Of a stretch of DNA of 64,000 nt, positions 1 to 9,722 are shown piece after piece. The notes beneath the pieces were generated by a model, which worked only from the letters and a program-made list of their open reading frames with translations, was not told where the DNA came from and ran no database searches. Source of the DNA: Candidatus Bathyarchaeota archaeon (lineage in GTDB: Archaea; Thermoproteota; Bathyarchaeia; Bathyarchaeales; Bathyarchaeaceae); the NCBI GenBank assembly GCA_004376295.1, contig SOJZ01000031.1, positions 12,624 to 76,623 of the forward strand. The letters run 5' to 3'. Both the position numbers and the translations under genes were made by a program. The number at the start of each line of letters is the position of its first letter. Position 1 is the first letter of the stretch.

Positions 1-768
1 AGCTAACATGAACTCCACAGCGTCTCGCCACGTGCTTATTCCACCGCAACCGATAACCGGAATATCAACCTCACGATAAACCTCATACACACATCTAACC
101 GCAATAGGCTTTATCGCGGTTCCAGACAGTCCACCGATCTTGTTAGCCAATATTGGCCGAGTCGTTTCAACATCAATTATCATAGCCCTAACAGTGTTGA
201 TGGCTGTTATCGCATCTGCTCCCGCTTCAGCCGCTGCTTTAGCCACCTTAGCTATGTCAGCAACGTTAGGAGTTAACTTGACAAAAACAGGTGTATCCAC
301 TCTTCCTTTCACTTTTTTCAAAATTTCTGCCACCAACTGTGAAGATTGTCCAATTTCTGCCCCTGTTTTTTCAACGTGTGGACACGAGACGTTCAATTCT
401 ATCGCATCTGCTCCTGCTTCAACGGCAACCCTCGCCGCCTCAGCAAACTCCTCAGATGAAAAGCCGTAGACGCTTACAATTATTGGAACGCCTAACTCTT
501 TCGCTTCACGTATCTCCTCACTAAAATATTGAACTCCCGGGTTAGGAAGCCCCACAGCATTGAGCAACCCACATTCAGCCTGAACCACGGTTGGGTTGGG
601 ATAGCCTTCTCGCGGTTCTAATCCCACAGACTTCGTAACCACCGCGCCAGCACCCGCATCAGCAACCCTCTTTAACGTCAATCCAGACAACCCGAGAATC
701 CCTGAGGCCAACATCGTAGGATTAGCAAGCTTTAACCCTGCGATTTCTATGGCAAGTCGACGCGACAT
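1..768 (-). CDS. pyrD: Dihydroorotate dehydrogenase catalytic subunit (class 1-type); 3' end cut by window edge
   Basis: Own translation of minus strand from ATG at 768: MSRRLAIEIAGLKLANPTMLASGILG...LNAVGLPNPGVQYF...ELNVSCPH...GGLSGTAIKP. Frame stays open to base 1. Absent from the ORF track because no stop lies inside the window. Confidence 0.85.
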   Translation of the reverse strand, partial: MSRRLAIEIAGLKLANPTMLASGILGLSGLTLKRVADAGAGAVVTKSVGLEPREGYPNPTVVQAECGLLNAVGLPNPGVQYFSEEIREAKELGVPIIVSVYGFSSEEFAEAARVAVEAGADAIELNVSCPHVEKTGAEIGQSSQLVAEILKKVKGRVDTPVFVKLTPNVADIAKVAKAAAEAGADAITAINTVRAMIIDVETTRPILANKIGGLSGTAIKPIAVRCVYEVYREVDIPVIGCGGISTWRDAVEFMLA

Positions 769-864
769 AGAGCACCTCTCCAGTTGCAGTAAGGTTATTC
801 AATAAGCAAGATAAAGGTTAGGAAGAACCGGCTGAAACGATTGTATGATAATGGAGAGAAAAAC

Positions 865-2079
865 ATGAAGGCAGCGATCATAGAGTGTGTGATGGGCGTT
901 TTCGGATTCGGAGAAGCCAACAAACTCGTTGATAAGGTATTCTTCCCAAAAGATCCGAAGGAAACGGCGAAAAAGCTTGCAAAAATTGAAGCCGGAAACG
1001 TAGTTGATGAAATAGTCACCTTGGTTGAAAAATTGCAGGGAAAGGATTACACAATCTTTGTGTTCGAGAGTTCAGAGGTCGCTCGAAATGCTTGCGAAAG
1101 GTTGAACATCGAGGTGGATGTGGCGAAACCCTCAGAGGCAGGAAAACTGCTTCGTAGGAACCTTGACAAATTCGCGGTGAAAGTAGGTTTTTTGAAACAT
1201 ACCTCAGAGCTCCGCAACTGGACTCACAAGGTCTCTATGGAGCTGACCAAAATGAGAGTGAAGGGAGCAATCGAAAAGCGAGACTTGGTGGTGGTGCAAG
1301 CCATCCAAACCATCGGCGACTTGGACACAACACTTAATCTCTTTATGGGCAGAATACGCGAGTGGTACGGCCTTCACTTCCCAGAGTTAGATCGGCTGGT
1401 GGAGAAGCATGAAACATATGCACGACTTGTCACTAAGTTGGGAGGAAGAGAAAACTTTACCGCAGAAAATTTAGAAAAAGAGGGGTTGCCAAGAGCTAAA
1501 GCTGAATGGATAGCTAAGGCGGCACAAGCGTCAATGGGCGCCTCGCTTAGCAATGAAGACGCAGATCAGATACAAGCCATGTGCAAAACCGTGCTAGCGC
1601 TCTATAACCTAAGACAGTCGCTGGAGAGCTACGTAGATTCGATTATGGAAGAGGTTGCGCCCAACATCCGTGCACTAGCTGGTCCGCTAATAGGGGCACG
1701 ACTCATAGCGCTTGCCAGTGGGTTAACCAACATGGCTAAAATGCCAGCAAGCACAATTCAGGTTCTAGGAGCCGAAAAAGCCCTTTTTAGATCGATTAGA
1801 ACCGGAACCCGCCCCCCAAAACACGGAGTAATCTTCCAACACAACTTCATTCAGAGGGCAAAGCATTGGCAGAGAGGAAAAGTAGCACGAGCACTAGCTG
1901 GAAATCTGGCCATAGCCGCACGAGCCGATGCCTTCAGCAACAAGTACATTGGCGATAGGTTGAAAGCTGGGCTTGAGAGAAGGGTCAAGGAGATTCAGGA
2001 AAAATACAAGCAACCCCCACTCAAGAAACCTTCCATGAGAAAACCATTTAGGAGAACGAAACGTGGCCGTAAACGTTAA
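865..2079 (+). CDS. nop5: Nop5 (Nop56/58 family) C/D box sRNP core protein
   Basis: ORF track 841..2079; ATG at 865 follows GGAGAG. Nop domain stretch AGPLIGARLIALASGLTNMAKMPASTIQVLGAEKALF...PKHGVIFQH and a basic K/R tail. Overlaps the downstream fibrillarin gene, as in the conserved archaeal pair. Confidence 0.9.
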   Translation: MKAAIIECVMGVFGFGEANKLVDKVFFPKDPKETAKKLAKIEAGNVVDEIVTLVEKLQGKDYTIFVFESSEVARNACERLNIEVDVAKPSEAGKLLRRNLDKFAVKVGFLKHTSELRNWTHKVSMELTKMRVKGAIEKRDLVVVQAIQTIGDLDTTLNLFMGRIREWYGLHFPELDRLVEKHETYARLVTKLGGRENFTAENLEKEGLPRAKAEWIAKAAQASMGASLSNEDADQIQAMCKTVLALYNLRQSLESYVDSIMEEVAPNIRALAGPLIGARLIALASGLTNMAKMPASTIQVLGAEKALFRSIRTGTRPPKHGVIFQHNFIQRAKHWQRGKVARALAGNLAIAARADAFSNKYIGDRLKAGLERRVKEIQEKYKQPPLKKPSMRKPFRRTKRGRKR

Positions 2080-2755
2080 GCCACATCCACATTTTCCCGC
2101 AATCTACTGGACTACTCTTGAAGACGGCTCCCGAAAACTAGCGACAAAAAACCTTGCCCCAGAAAAAACTGTCTATGGCGAACGACTAATCCGATACAGG
2201 CAGGCAGAATACAGGCTTTGGGACCCTTATCGAAGCAAGCTTGCCGCCGCCGTTCTGAAGGGCTTAGAAACGGTACCCATTCAACCAGATCACAAGGTTT
2301 TGTATTTGGGGGCTGCTTCGGGCACAACAGCGAGTCACATCTCCGACATCATTGGAGAACGCGGTTACGTATATTGCATAGAATTTGCCGCTCGGACTAT
2401 TCGAGAGTTGGTTAACAATGTATGCGAGTTTCGTTTCAACATGTCCCCTTTACTGATGGACGCACGTTTCCCAGAACGGTATTCAATGCTTGTGGAGGCG
2501 GTGGATGACATCTACTGCGACATAGCTCAGCCCGAGCAGGCTAAGGTGTTGGCGGACAACGCCGATCTATTCCTTAAAGCCGGCGGATGGATCATGTTCG
2601 CAGTTAAGGCTCGAAGCATCGACGTTACAAAAGAGCCTTCCGAGGTTTATCAACGGGAAATAGGTATCCTGAAGACTCGTGGTTTTCAGGTCAGGGAGGT
2701 CATACGCTTAGAACCCTATGACAAGGCACATGTGATGATTGTAGCTGAGCGTTGA
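2063..2755 (+). CDS. flpA: Fibrillarin-like rRNA/tRNA 2'-O-methyltransferase
   Basis: 230 aa; SAM-binding motif KVLYLGAASGTTASHISDI; GTG start overlaps the nop5 end by 17 nt. Confidence 0.93.
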   Translation: MAVNVKPHPHFPAIYWTTLEDGSRKLATKNLAPEKTVYGERLIRYRQAEYRLWDPYRSKLAAAVLKGLETVPIQPDHKVLYLGAASGTTASHISDIIGERGYVYCIEFAARTIRELVNNVCEFRFNMSPLLMDARFPERYSMLVEAVDDIYCDIAQPEQAKVLADNADLFLKAGGWIMFAVKARSIDVTKEPSEVYQREIGILKTRGFQVREVIRLEPYDKAHVMIVAER

Positions 2756-2855
2756 GATGGGTAATAAGAAGAGATATAGCTGTAAGATATGTTTAGAATG
2801 CATGAACTGTAAGTTTATATGAGACTCTTCCTATATTCTTAGTTCTGAGGGGGAG

Positions 2856-3797
2856 ATGAAGCTGGCGCAGATTCTCGACGCCACTGAATTGATTTTAAAG
2901 AAAGCTGGCTTCCAAATTTCTGAAAGATGCACCTCGCGGCCAAGTTGTTTTGATTTTGTAACAAGAAAAGGGAAAAGACTTGCTTTCGTAAAGGTACACT
3001 CCGATGTTGGAAACGTTTCAGCGAGGGATGCTTGCGAAGTTCAAGCAATCTCCGGATGTTTTTCCGCTACGCCTCTCTTTATCTGCGACAAAACACGCGA
3101 AAAGCCCTTAGAAGATGACACCGTCTACTCAAGATGTAGCATCTATACAATTACCCTCAAAACGCTTGAAGACATAGTCTCTCGCAAAATGCAGCCGCTT
3201 GTAGAGGCTGGTCCAGGAGGTTGCTACGTTAGGCTCAATGGAAACGCCATTAGAAAGAAGAGGCTAGAATTGGGCTTGTCTGTTGGCAAGTTAGCAGAGA
3301 TGATGGGTGTTTCCCGAAGAACTCTGTACGGCTACGAAAAAGGCATGGCTAAGGCCTCCGTGTCCGCCGCCTACGGCCTTGAATGGATTTTAGGCATTCC
3401 GGTGGCGCAGTCTATCGACGTGTTTGAATCAGTTCCTCAGGATACAGGATTTTTCGCCACCGCCAAGCGCATAATCATCAAACACGGCTTTCTGCAAATG
3501 GTCTTAAAGAAACTTGCTCAGTTCGATTTTGATGTAGCTCCCACTAAAAGGGCTCCTTTCGACTTTATAGCGCGGTCCCCAGGGGACTCGTTAAACATAG
3601 TGGGCGGTGTCCCCCATAAAGGGGAACGAAATGTCGATCAGAGAGCAGAGGAAATCGTAAGCTTCAGCAAAATCGTCAACGCTCAACCGGTCTTTATAAC
3701 GGATGGTAAACCGATTCCAAACAATGGCATCTCGCTGATTGATCGCGAGGATTTGGAAGGGATAGAAGATCCAGAAGAGTTCATTGCACAATTTTAG
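2856..3797 (+). CDS. Putative HTH-type transcriptional regulator (XRE-like HTH, archaeal MJ1164-like family)
   Basis: 313 aa; central helix-turn-helix LELGLSVGKLAEMMGVSRRTLYGYEKG. Family assignment is from memory and not verified. Confidence 0.65.
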   Translation: MKLAQILDATELILKKAGFQISERCTSRPSCFDFVTRKGKRLAFVKVHSDVGNVSARDACEVQAISGCFSATPLFICDKTREKPLEDDTVYSRCSIYTITLKTLEDIVSRKMQPLVEAGPGGCYVRLNGNAIRKKRLELGLSVGKLAEMMGVSRRTLYGYEKGMAKASVSAAYGLEWILGIPVAQSIDVFESVPQDTGFFATAKRIIIKHGFLQMVLKKLAQFDFDVAPTKRAPFDFIARSPGDSLNIVGGVPHKGERNVDQRAEEIVSFSKIVNAQPVFITDGKPIPNNGISLIDREDLEGIEDPEEFIAQF

Positions 3798-4465
3798 ACT
3801 AGTTTTGTCTGTTTTGCCTTAACTTCTGCTTTAATTCTTTTAGCTGGCTTCCACGATTTACGCACAAAGTCTGGGTAAACGCCAAACTTTTTCACCCAAT
3901 TTTCTAGAAATTTGATGGTTTTAGGATCGGTTGGGTAACCACAGCCGAAGTCTCCATGTTTCTTTCTTAACTCAGAAACCGCGCTGTCACGCTCCACTTT
4001 TGCGATGATTGAGGCTGCTGAAACTATGGGGTACTTTGCGTCTGCTTTGTGTTCTGATATTATTCTAACCTTGAACGGAATGCCTTCGATAATGTGATTT
4101 CCGAATCGATCGGCCAACACATCCGAAGCATCTACGTACGCCACGTCTGGCTTGAGGGCTTCTACCACTTTAGCCATGGTCTGAGCTTCAAGCCGATTCA
4201 GTCTATGAAGCTTTTTGCCAGTTTCAACCACCCTGTCGATGTCCGTTGGAGACAACTTTATAACATGAAATTTGAGAGCCAACTTCTTGATTTCTTCAGC
4301 AAGTTGTTCTCGCCTGCGAGGGGAAAGGAGTTTGGAATCCTTCACGCCTAAGCCTATGAGCTTAGGCAAGTCTTTTTCGTCGAGCAAAACACCTGCGATA
4401 GCAAGAGGTCCAATTGCTGCCCCGCGACCGGCATCGTCAACTCCAGCTATTTTCACATTTAACAA
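3794..4465 (-). CDS. rnhB: Ribonuclease HII
   Basis: 223 aa; N-terminal GVDDAGRGAAIGPLAIAGV catalytic motif; typical length. Confidence 0.92.
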   Translation of the reverse strand: MLNVKIAGVDDAGRGAAIGPLAIAGVLLDEKDLPKLIGLGVKDSKLLSPRRREQLAEEIKKLALKFHVIKLSPTDIDRVVETGKKLHRLNRLEAQTMAKVVEALKPDVAYVDASDVLADRFGNHIIEGIPFKVRIISEHKADAKYPIVSAASIIAKVERDSAVSELRKKHGDFGCGYPTDPKTIKFLENWVKKFGVYPDFVRKSWKPAKRIKAEVKAKQTKLV

Positions 4466-4491
4466 CTTCCATTGGCAATTGGCATAAGTGC

Positions 4492-5040
4492 TTAAGATGG
4501 CTTCTCTAAGGACTGAACGACTTTGTGAATAATAACATTGTGGAGGTCTTCTCGGTTTTCATAGGTTACCTCCAGGATCTCCGCGTCCTCTCTCGCTTTG
4601 ATGACGTTGATCAGCGGGTCCCGTGCTCTAAAATGGATGGTTCCCACCACTGGTTTACTGCTTCTTATCGCTTGATCAACTGCTTTCTTAAACTCGGGTG
4701 AAAAAAGCTCCATAGGTCCTATCTCATCCACGACGATTATGTCCGCGTCTCTTGCAGCGTTGAGAATGGAACTCGCGCCTATAACGTTTAGATCACTCAA
4801 ATTAACTCGGTACTTACTGACTCGAGGACCAGTGGGCTGAGTTACATGAGCCAACCAGCCTCTTTGTCCAGTGTGAAAATCAACTATCTCAAAGCCCACA
4901 CGAACTCCTCGTTCACGAACCTCACGACTGATCATGCCGCCGACCTTATACCCTTTAGCCTTTAAAGCATCGACGGCGCGAAGTAGAACGCTTGTTTTGC
5001 CGACGCCGGGGCGTCCAGTTACGAATACAAGTCGCTTCAA
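4492..5040 (-). CDS. P-loop nucleoside-triphosphatase (THEP1/MJ1559-like)
   Basis: 182 aa; Walker A VTGRPGVGKTSV, Walker B IIVVDEIGPMEL. Confidence 0.8.
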   Translation of the reverse strand: MKRLVFVTGRPGVGKTSVLLRAVDALKAKGYKVGGMISREVRERGVRVGFEIVDFHTGQRGWLAHVTQPTGPRVSKYRVNLSDLNVIGASSILNAARDADIIVVDEIGPMELFSPEFKKAVDQAIRSSKPVVGTIHFRARDPLINVIKAREDAEILEVTYENREDLHNVIIHKVVQSLEKPS

Positions 5041-5104
5041 ACATGCTCACCTGAAACTTTCCTTTTTTCATAAACCATTATAAAGAAGGATATTAACGAA
5101 TTTT

Positions 5105-6355
5105 GTGGTTGACAAAAATTTTGGGGTTGTAGAGTTGAGTTTCAGTTTTCCCACGGAAATTGTGACCGAGGGGAAGACAAGCGTTGTGGTGCCTAAGCTT
5201 GAGGCGTATGTGAAAGAGCCTTGGGAATACGCTCCGTCTAAGGCGCCAGTGTTCTACAACCCGGTTATGAAGTTGAACAGAGACGTAGCGGTTTTGGCGT
5301 TGCAAGCGTATCAGTCAACGTTAGGAAGAGAGATTTCTGTTTGCGAACCCTTAGCCGGATGCGGTATTCGAAGCGTCAGGTTTGCAATGGAGGTTGAAGG
5401 TGTTCTGAAAATCGTTATGAATGATATTAACCCAAAAGCCGTCCAACTTGCTCAATTCAACGTTGAACGCAATAAACTGGTTGAGCGCGTCTCTGTCATG
5501 AACGAGGATGCAAATCTTCTTTTAAGCCGGTATGCAGCACCTCGCAAGAGGTTCGATTTCATTGATATTGATCCTTTTGGGTCTCCAGTGCCGTATTTAG
5601 ATGCTACAATCCGCGCTCTTCGTAACGGCGGTCTGCTGGCTTTAACAGCCACTGATATGGCTCCCTTATGTGGTGTTCATCCTAGGGCTTGTGTCCGAAA
5701 ATATGGCGGAAAGCCTCTGCGAACTGAGTACTGTCACGAGCTAGCCGTCCGTCTTTTAGTTGGATGCTTAACGATGATGGCGGCAAAGCATGATGTAGCA
5801 ATCAAGGTTCTATTCAGCCACAGCACGGATCACTACATTAGAGCGTATGCCCTCACTCGTTACGGCGCAAGACAAGCCGACAAGAGTGTTCAAACGATGG
5901 GATATATTCTTCATTGCTTTGCGTGTTTTCATAGGGAAGCAATCGGAGGAATGTTTTCTTCCTTAGAACGAAAGTGTCCTGAATGTGGGTCTAAGCTGAA
6001 TGTTGCAGGCCCATTGTGGCTAGGCAAGTTGTTTGATGAAGATTTTTGTTCGTTGATGGAGAAGGAGGCTTACGGAAGAAGACTGAGAGAGAAAAGGGTT
6101 CTCAAGCTGTTGTCTTTGACCCGAAATGAGATTGAAGCACCAATCACTTATTATGTGGTTGACAAAATCTGTGATAAATTCAATTTGCCAATTCCGCCTT
6201 TAATTGAAGTGATTAATGAGCTCAAAAGCGCAGGTTTTCAAGCTGTGCCGACACATTTCAACAGCAGAGGCGTTAGGACAGACGCTTCTACAAAGGTTAT
6301 GAAAGAATATGTGATCAAATGCGTACAGATACACAAAGATGTTTTTGATCAATAG
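5105..6355 (+). CDS. trm1: tRNA (guanine(26)-N2)-dimethyltransferase
   Basis: 416 aa; FYNPVMKLNRDV, IDIDPFGSPVPYLDA, Cys cluster CFACFH...CPECGSKL. Confidence 0.9.
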   Translation: MVDKNFGVVELSFSFPTEIVTEGKTSVVVPKLEAYVKEPWEYAPSKAPVFYNPVMKLNRDVAVLALQAYQSTLGREISVCEPLAGCGIRSVRFAMEVEGVLKIVMNDINPKAVQLAQFNVERNKLVERVSVMNEDANLLLSRYAAPRKRFDFIDIDPFGSPVPYLDATIRALRNGGLLALTATDMAPLCGVHPRACVRKYGGKPLRTEYCHELAVRLLVGCLTMMAAKHDVAIKVLFSHSTDHYIRAYALTRYGARQADKSVQTMGYILHCFACFHREAIGGMFSSLERKCPECGSKLNVAGPLWLGKLFDEDFCSLMEKEAYGRRLREKRVLKLLSLTRNEIEAPITYYVVDKICDKFNLPIPPLIEVINELKSAGFQAVPTHFNSRGVRTDASTKVMKEYVIKCVQIHKDVFDQ

Positions 6356-6371
6356 TCTTCAATTTTTTTCA

Positions 6372-6512
6372 GGCGTCTTTAATCCGTATGGCGGAGTAGC
6401 GTACTGGGCGCATATCGGCGGTTTTATAGCTGGACTGCTCACTGCCTTCCTGTTCAAGATAACTGCTTCTCAGAAGAGATTACCCGAGAGAACGTTTAGC
6501 CTCGTCAGCTGA
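6372..6512 (+). pseudogene. C-terminal remnant of a rhomboid-family intramembrane protease
   Basis: Own translation: GVFNPYGGVAYWAHIGGFIAGLLTAFLFKITASQKRLPERTFSLVS*. It contains the rhomboid catalytic-His motif AHxGGxxxG. No start codon and no upstream rhomboid body. It begins right after the trm1 stop and overlaps the 3' end of the convergent GNAT gene. Confidence 0.45.
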
Positions 6513-7388
6513 TAACCTTTTTTCGAAAAGATAGATGCATGTAAGCGTGTCACGTTCAAATCCCATTATGTCAAAGGCAGAAGTTATCGGCTTATGATCA
6601 CATGTGAAGCCATATATCTTTTTGATCCCTGATTCGCGGCAGTATCTCTTAAGAAATCTTATCATGTCTAACACTGCTTCTTGGGTTCCATCCACGTAGC
6701 ATGTCTGAACAGAATTCTCGGTCCATTCGCGGCTTACTCCATCGTCGATCAATATCAAACCTGAAACCGCGTTTTCATCCCTGTAAATTATTGCTTTCTT
6801 TTCAGCTAGAAACTTTTTGAGGTCCTCTTTCTGAAGGGAGGTCCACACGTATAAAATGGTGAACGATCCCGCAGACTTTGCGTAGCACTTCGACTTTCTA
6901 AGAAATTCCCATATCTCCTTTTCATCCGTCACTTTTGCCCATCTCGTTTTCTCACTCTTCCCCGCTTCCGTCTTTTCGCATGTCATTTTCACAAATTCTG
7001 AAACAAGATTTAAGCCAAGTTTCCTTAGAACACGTAGAGCTGCTGTGTTATCAGAAGCTGTGATCAGCCTAACTAGCTTCGCGCCTTTCTGAAGAGCGAA
7101 CTTAAAGCATTCCTTTGTGATTGCGGTGGCGACGCCTTTTCGCCTGTAATTTGGGTCTGTCCTAGCAGCTTCCAGCCAGGCCTCTCCTTGCTTCAAAATT
7201 TTCACGTGGCTAATTCCCACAGGAACGTTGTTTATGGTTGCAACAAGTATTCTTCCGTCTTTTTCTTCAAGCCAGCGGTTCCAGACACGGGGAACGTAGT
7301 CTCCCCAATCCCATGTTTTCTCACAAAACTTGAAAACAGCGTCGTTGTCTGAACTTCGAGCTTTTCTAACGATGATTTTTTGTTTCAA
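6480..7388 (-). CDS. GNAT-family N-acetyltransferase
   Basis: 302 aa; acetyl-CoA binding-like RRKGVATAITKECFKFA in the N-terminal half. Confidence 0.75.
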   Translation of the reverse strand: MKQKIIVRKARSSDNDAVFKFCEKTWDWGDYVPRVWNRWLEEKDGRILVATINNVPVGISHVKILKQGEAWLEAARTDPNYRRKGVATAITKECFKFALQKGAKLVRLITASDNTAALRVLRKLGLNLVSEFVKMTCEKTEAGKSEKTRWAKVTDEKEIWEFLRKSKCYAKSAGSFTILYVWTSLQKEDLKKFLAEKKAIIYRDENAVSGLILIDDGVSREWTENSVQTCYVDGTQEAVLDMIRFLKRYCRESGIKKIYGFTCDHKPITSAFDIMGFERDTLTCIYLFEKRLSADEAKRSLG

Positions 7389-7548
7389 TTCCGCGTCACG
7401 ACATATACTCTTTCCTTGTTATTCTATAAACCTTGATATGTAGGCCTAAAGACAATTTTCTATTACTATTGGTGTCTGTCATTGTGTGAGTTTATGCATC
7501 AAACTTATAACATGGAACCTGGGGTTACATTGTTAAGGGGTTATCCCT

Positions 7549-8277
7549 GTGACTAAAGTGTTATATTTAGAGGATAGTTACCGCAGAGAATGTGATGCCG
7601 CTGTAGTCTCGGTCAAAGATGGAAAATATGTAATTTTGGACCAAACAGTCTTCTATCCTAAGGGTGGGGGTCAACCGTGGGACACTGGGAAAATCATGAA
7701 GGGAAATGAAATCTACAATGTTGTTTACGTTGGCAAGTTTTCTGGAGAGATATCTCATGAGGTTGATCGAGCTGGCTTAAAAGAAGGAGATAATGTGCAT
7801 TGCGTCCTAAATTGGGAACGAAGATACAAGCTTACGCGAAGCCACACTGCAGCTCATGTATTCGCTTCGCTTCTGTGCACGGGTACTGGAGCCCTTGTCA
7901 CTGGCAACCAGCTTGAGGAGGACAAGATTCGTTTTGATTTTAGCTTGGAAAGGTACGATCGAGAAATCCTTAATGAGTACATAGATGAGGCGAACGATTT
8001 GTTCAGAAAAGACATCCCTGTAAAGTGGTATGAACTTCCCAGAGAAGAAGCCCTAAAAATTCCGGGTGTAATAAAAATGGCTAAGGCCCTCCCACCAGAC
8101 ATTCCATATCTCCGCATTGTCGAAATAGTCGGTGTGGATAAACAAGCAGACGGCGGAACCCACGTTAAAAATCTGAGAGAGGTTGGGCAGATAAAATTAC
8201 TTAAAACTGAAAACAAAGGTAAACATAACCGGCGAGTCTACTTCACACTTACTCGTGAGTATCCTCAACTGGCATAA
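7549..8277 (+). CDS. alaX: Alanyl-tRNA editing protein AlaX (AlaX-M type)
   Basis: 242 aa; HxxxH motif in RSHTAAHVF. The second zinc motif reads ADGGTHV, so Asp sits where I expect Cys. Confidence 0.8.
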   Translation: MTKVLYLEDSYRRECDAAVVSVKDGKYVILDQTVFYPKGGGQPWDTGKIMKGNEIYNVVYVGKFSGEISHEVDRAGLKEGDNVHCVLNWERRYKLTRSHTAAHVFASLLCTGTGALVTGNQLEEDKIRFDFSLERYDREILNEYIDEANDLFRKDIPVKWYELPREEALKIPGVIKMAKALPPDIPYLRIVEIVGVDKQADGGTHVKNLREVGQIKLLKTENKGKHNRRVYFTLTREYPQLA

Positions 8278-8617
8278 GATGCTCATGTGGTAGGCGTTTG
8301 TTCAGTAATAGTCGATTCAGGAGGCGGACTAGTAGGAAGTCGAAGGTTTTGCCCCACAAAAGCCATTTTAGCTTATGGCAGATGTGCAGTAGTTGTAATC
8401 CTTTTTCTGTAGTTTGATAGAATGTTTCGCTTGTCTTTTCCACTTTTAGTAGCTTCAGTTCCATCAAGGCATACAGGTAGTTGTTCAAGATCATGTGGTC
8501 TAAGTTACACCTGTACATGATCTCCGTTTTCTTGATTCCTTCAGCTGCCACACGGAGTATATTGACAGCTACGTCGAGTTCGTTGCTTTCTCCCGTTCTG
8601 TTGCACCCCTGCGTCAA
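8249..8617 (-). CDS. Small winged-helix DNA-binding protein
   Basis: 122 aa; wHTH-like ...KKTEIMYRCNLDHMILNNYLYALMELKLLKVEK...; convergent 29-nt overlap with alaX. Confidence 0.5.
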   Translation of the reverse strand: MTQGCNRTGESNELDVAVNILRVAAEGIKKTEIMYRCNLDHMILNNYLYALMELKLLKVEKTSETFYQTTEKGLQLLHICHKLKWLLWGKTFDFLLVRLLNRLLLNKRLPHEHLMPVEDTHE

Positions 8618-8765
8618 ACCACATGTTCACATTCGCTGCAAAGGCTATAATCGTTATTTCAATTTTGGGAATGTAGCAGAACTGATAGTAAGAGAGCTAA
8701 AATATACTAGAAGCGTCGCCCTTACTGTTTTGCACAAACTAGACGCAAACGCATGTGTGATAAGT

Positions 8766-9662
8766 ATGCTCGGTGAACTTGCAGCCTTAGGCGCCGCGTT
8801 ATGCTGGACTGTGTCCGCAGCCTTATACAAGGTAGCGTTGTCAGATGCGAAGCCGGTTTCAGCTAACATTTCACGGTGCATATCCACAACTGTGTTCTTC
8901 ATCGCATGCTTAGGAGCGACGGGGAGGTTGCAGTATTTAGCGGCTTTACGAGTGGATTCGTTGCTTTTGGCTGGTCTCAGCGGAGCTATTGGTTTATGCG
9001 TCGGCGACACTTTGTATATGTTGAGTTTGAAGTTGATCGGGGTTTCTAGGGCGGTTCCTGTTACCTGCACGTACCCGTTGTTTACCCTGTTGTTCGCGAC
9101 TTTGTTCTTCAGCGAGCAGATCACGTTGTTTGTGTTGTTGGGCGCCGTCCTCATAATTGCGGGCATATGGTTAATCAGTCAAGAGAGGGGTAAGTCGAGT
9201 GGATTGGCGAGGAAAGTTTTATTCAAGGGTATTCTTGTTGCATTCGTTACGGCGGTAGTGTGGGCAGTGAGTATAGCCTTTATGGATGAGGCTCTGGCCC
9301 TCTCTGAGTTGGCTGTTTTTGATGCTGCGTTTGTTGTGAACACGGTTAGGCTATTGGCGACTACTTTTTCGTTGCTGGCCATTTCTCCCTTTTTTGACCA
9401 ACAATTCGGTTTCTTGAAGCTAAAGAGGAGAACATGGGTTATTCTCGCCTTAGGTGGGATTGTAGCGTTGGGCTTAGGCTGGGTTTTGCTGGCAGTAAGT
9501 CTTTTGGACATTCCAGCTTCTTATGCAGTTCCAATTTCTTCGGTATCTCCGCTTTTTGCAACTCTGTTTGGAGCTTTTTTGTTAAAAGAAAGAGTTACCG
9601 CTAGAATCTTTGTTGGATCAGTTTTCATAGTCTTTGGGACATCCGTATTGTTCATTATATAA
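8766..9662 (+). CDS. EamA/DMT-family transporter
   Basis: ORF track 8481..9662. I moved the start to ATG 8766 (MLGELAALGAALCWTV...) because the upstream part is antisense to 8249..8617. About 10 TM helices in two EamA-like halves. Confidence 0.78.
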   Translation: MLGELAALGAALCWTVSAALYKVALSDAKPVSANISRCISTTVFFIACLGATGRLQYLAALRVDSLLLAGLSGAIGLCVGDTLYMLSLKLIGVSRAVPVTCTYPLFTLLFATLFFSEQITLFVLLGAVLIIAGIWLISQERGKSSGLARKVLFKGILVAFVTAVVWAVSIAFMDEALALSELAVFDAAFVVNTVRLLATTFSLLAISPFFDQQFGFLKLKRRTWVILALGGIVALGLGWVLLAVSLLDIPASYAVPISSVSPLFATLFGAFLLKERVTARIFVGSVFIVFGTSVLFII

Positions 9663-9722
9663 ATGACCGTTCAGTTTCGCCTACCTAGTGAATAGCATGC
9701 AGAGATTCGGATTTATTGGGGC

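Noticed and set aside
140-524. Plus-strand ORFs 140..469 and 291..524
   Set aside because: They are antisense to a clear pyrD reading frame. Their products are low-complexity Ala/Ser/Thr- or Leu/Pro-rich, typical of shadow ORFs.
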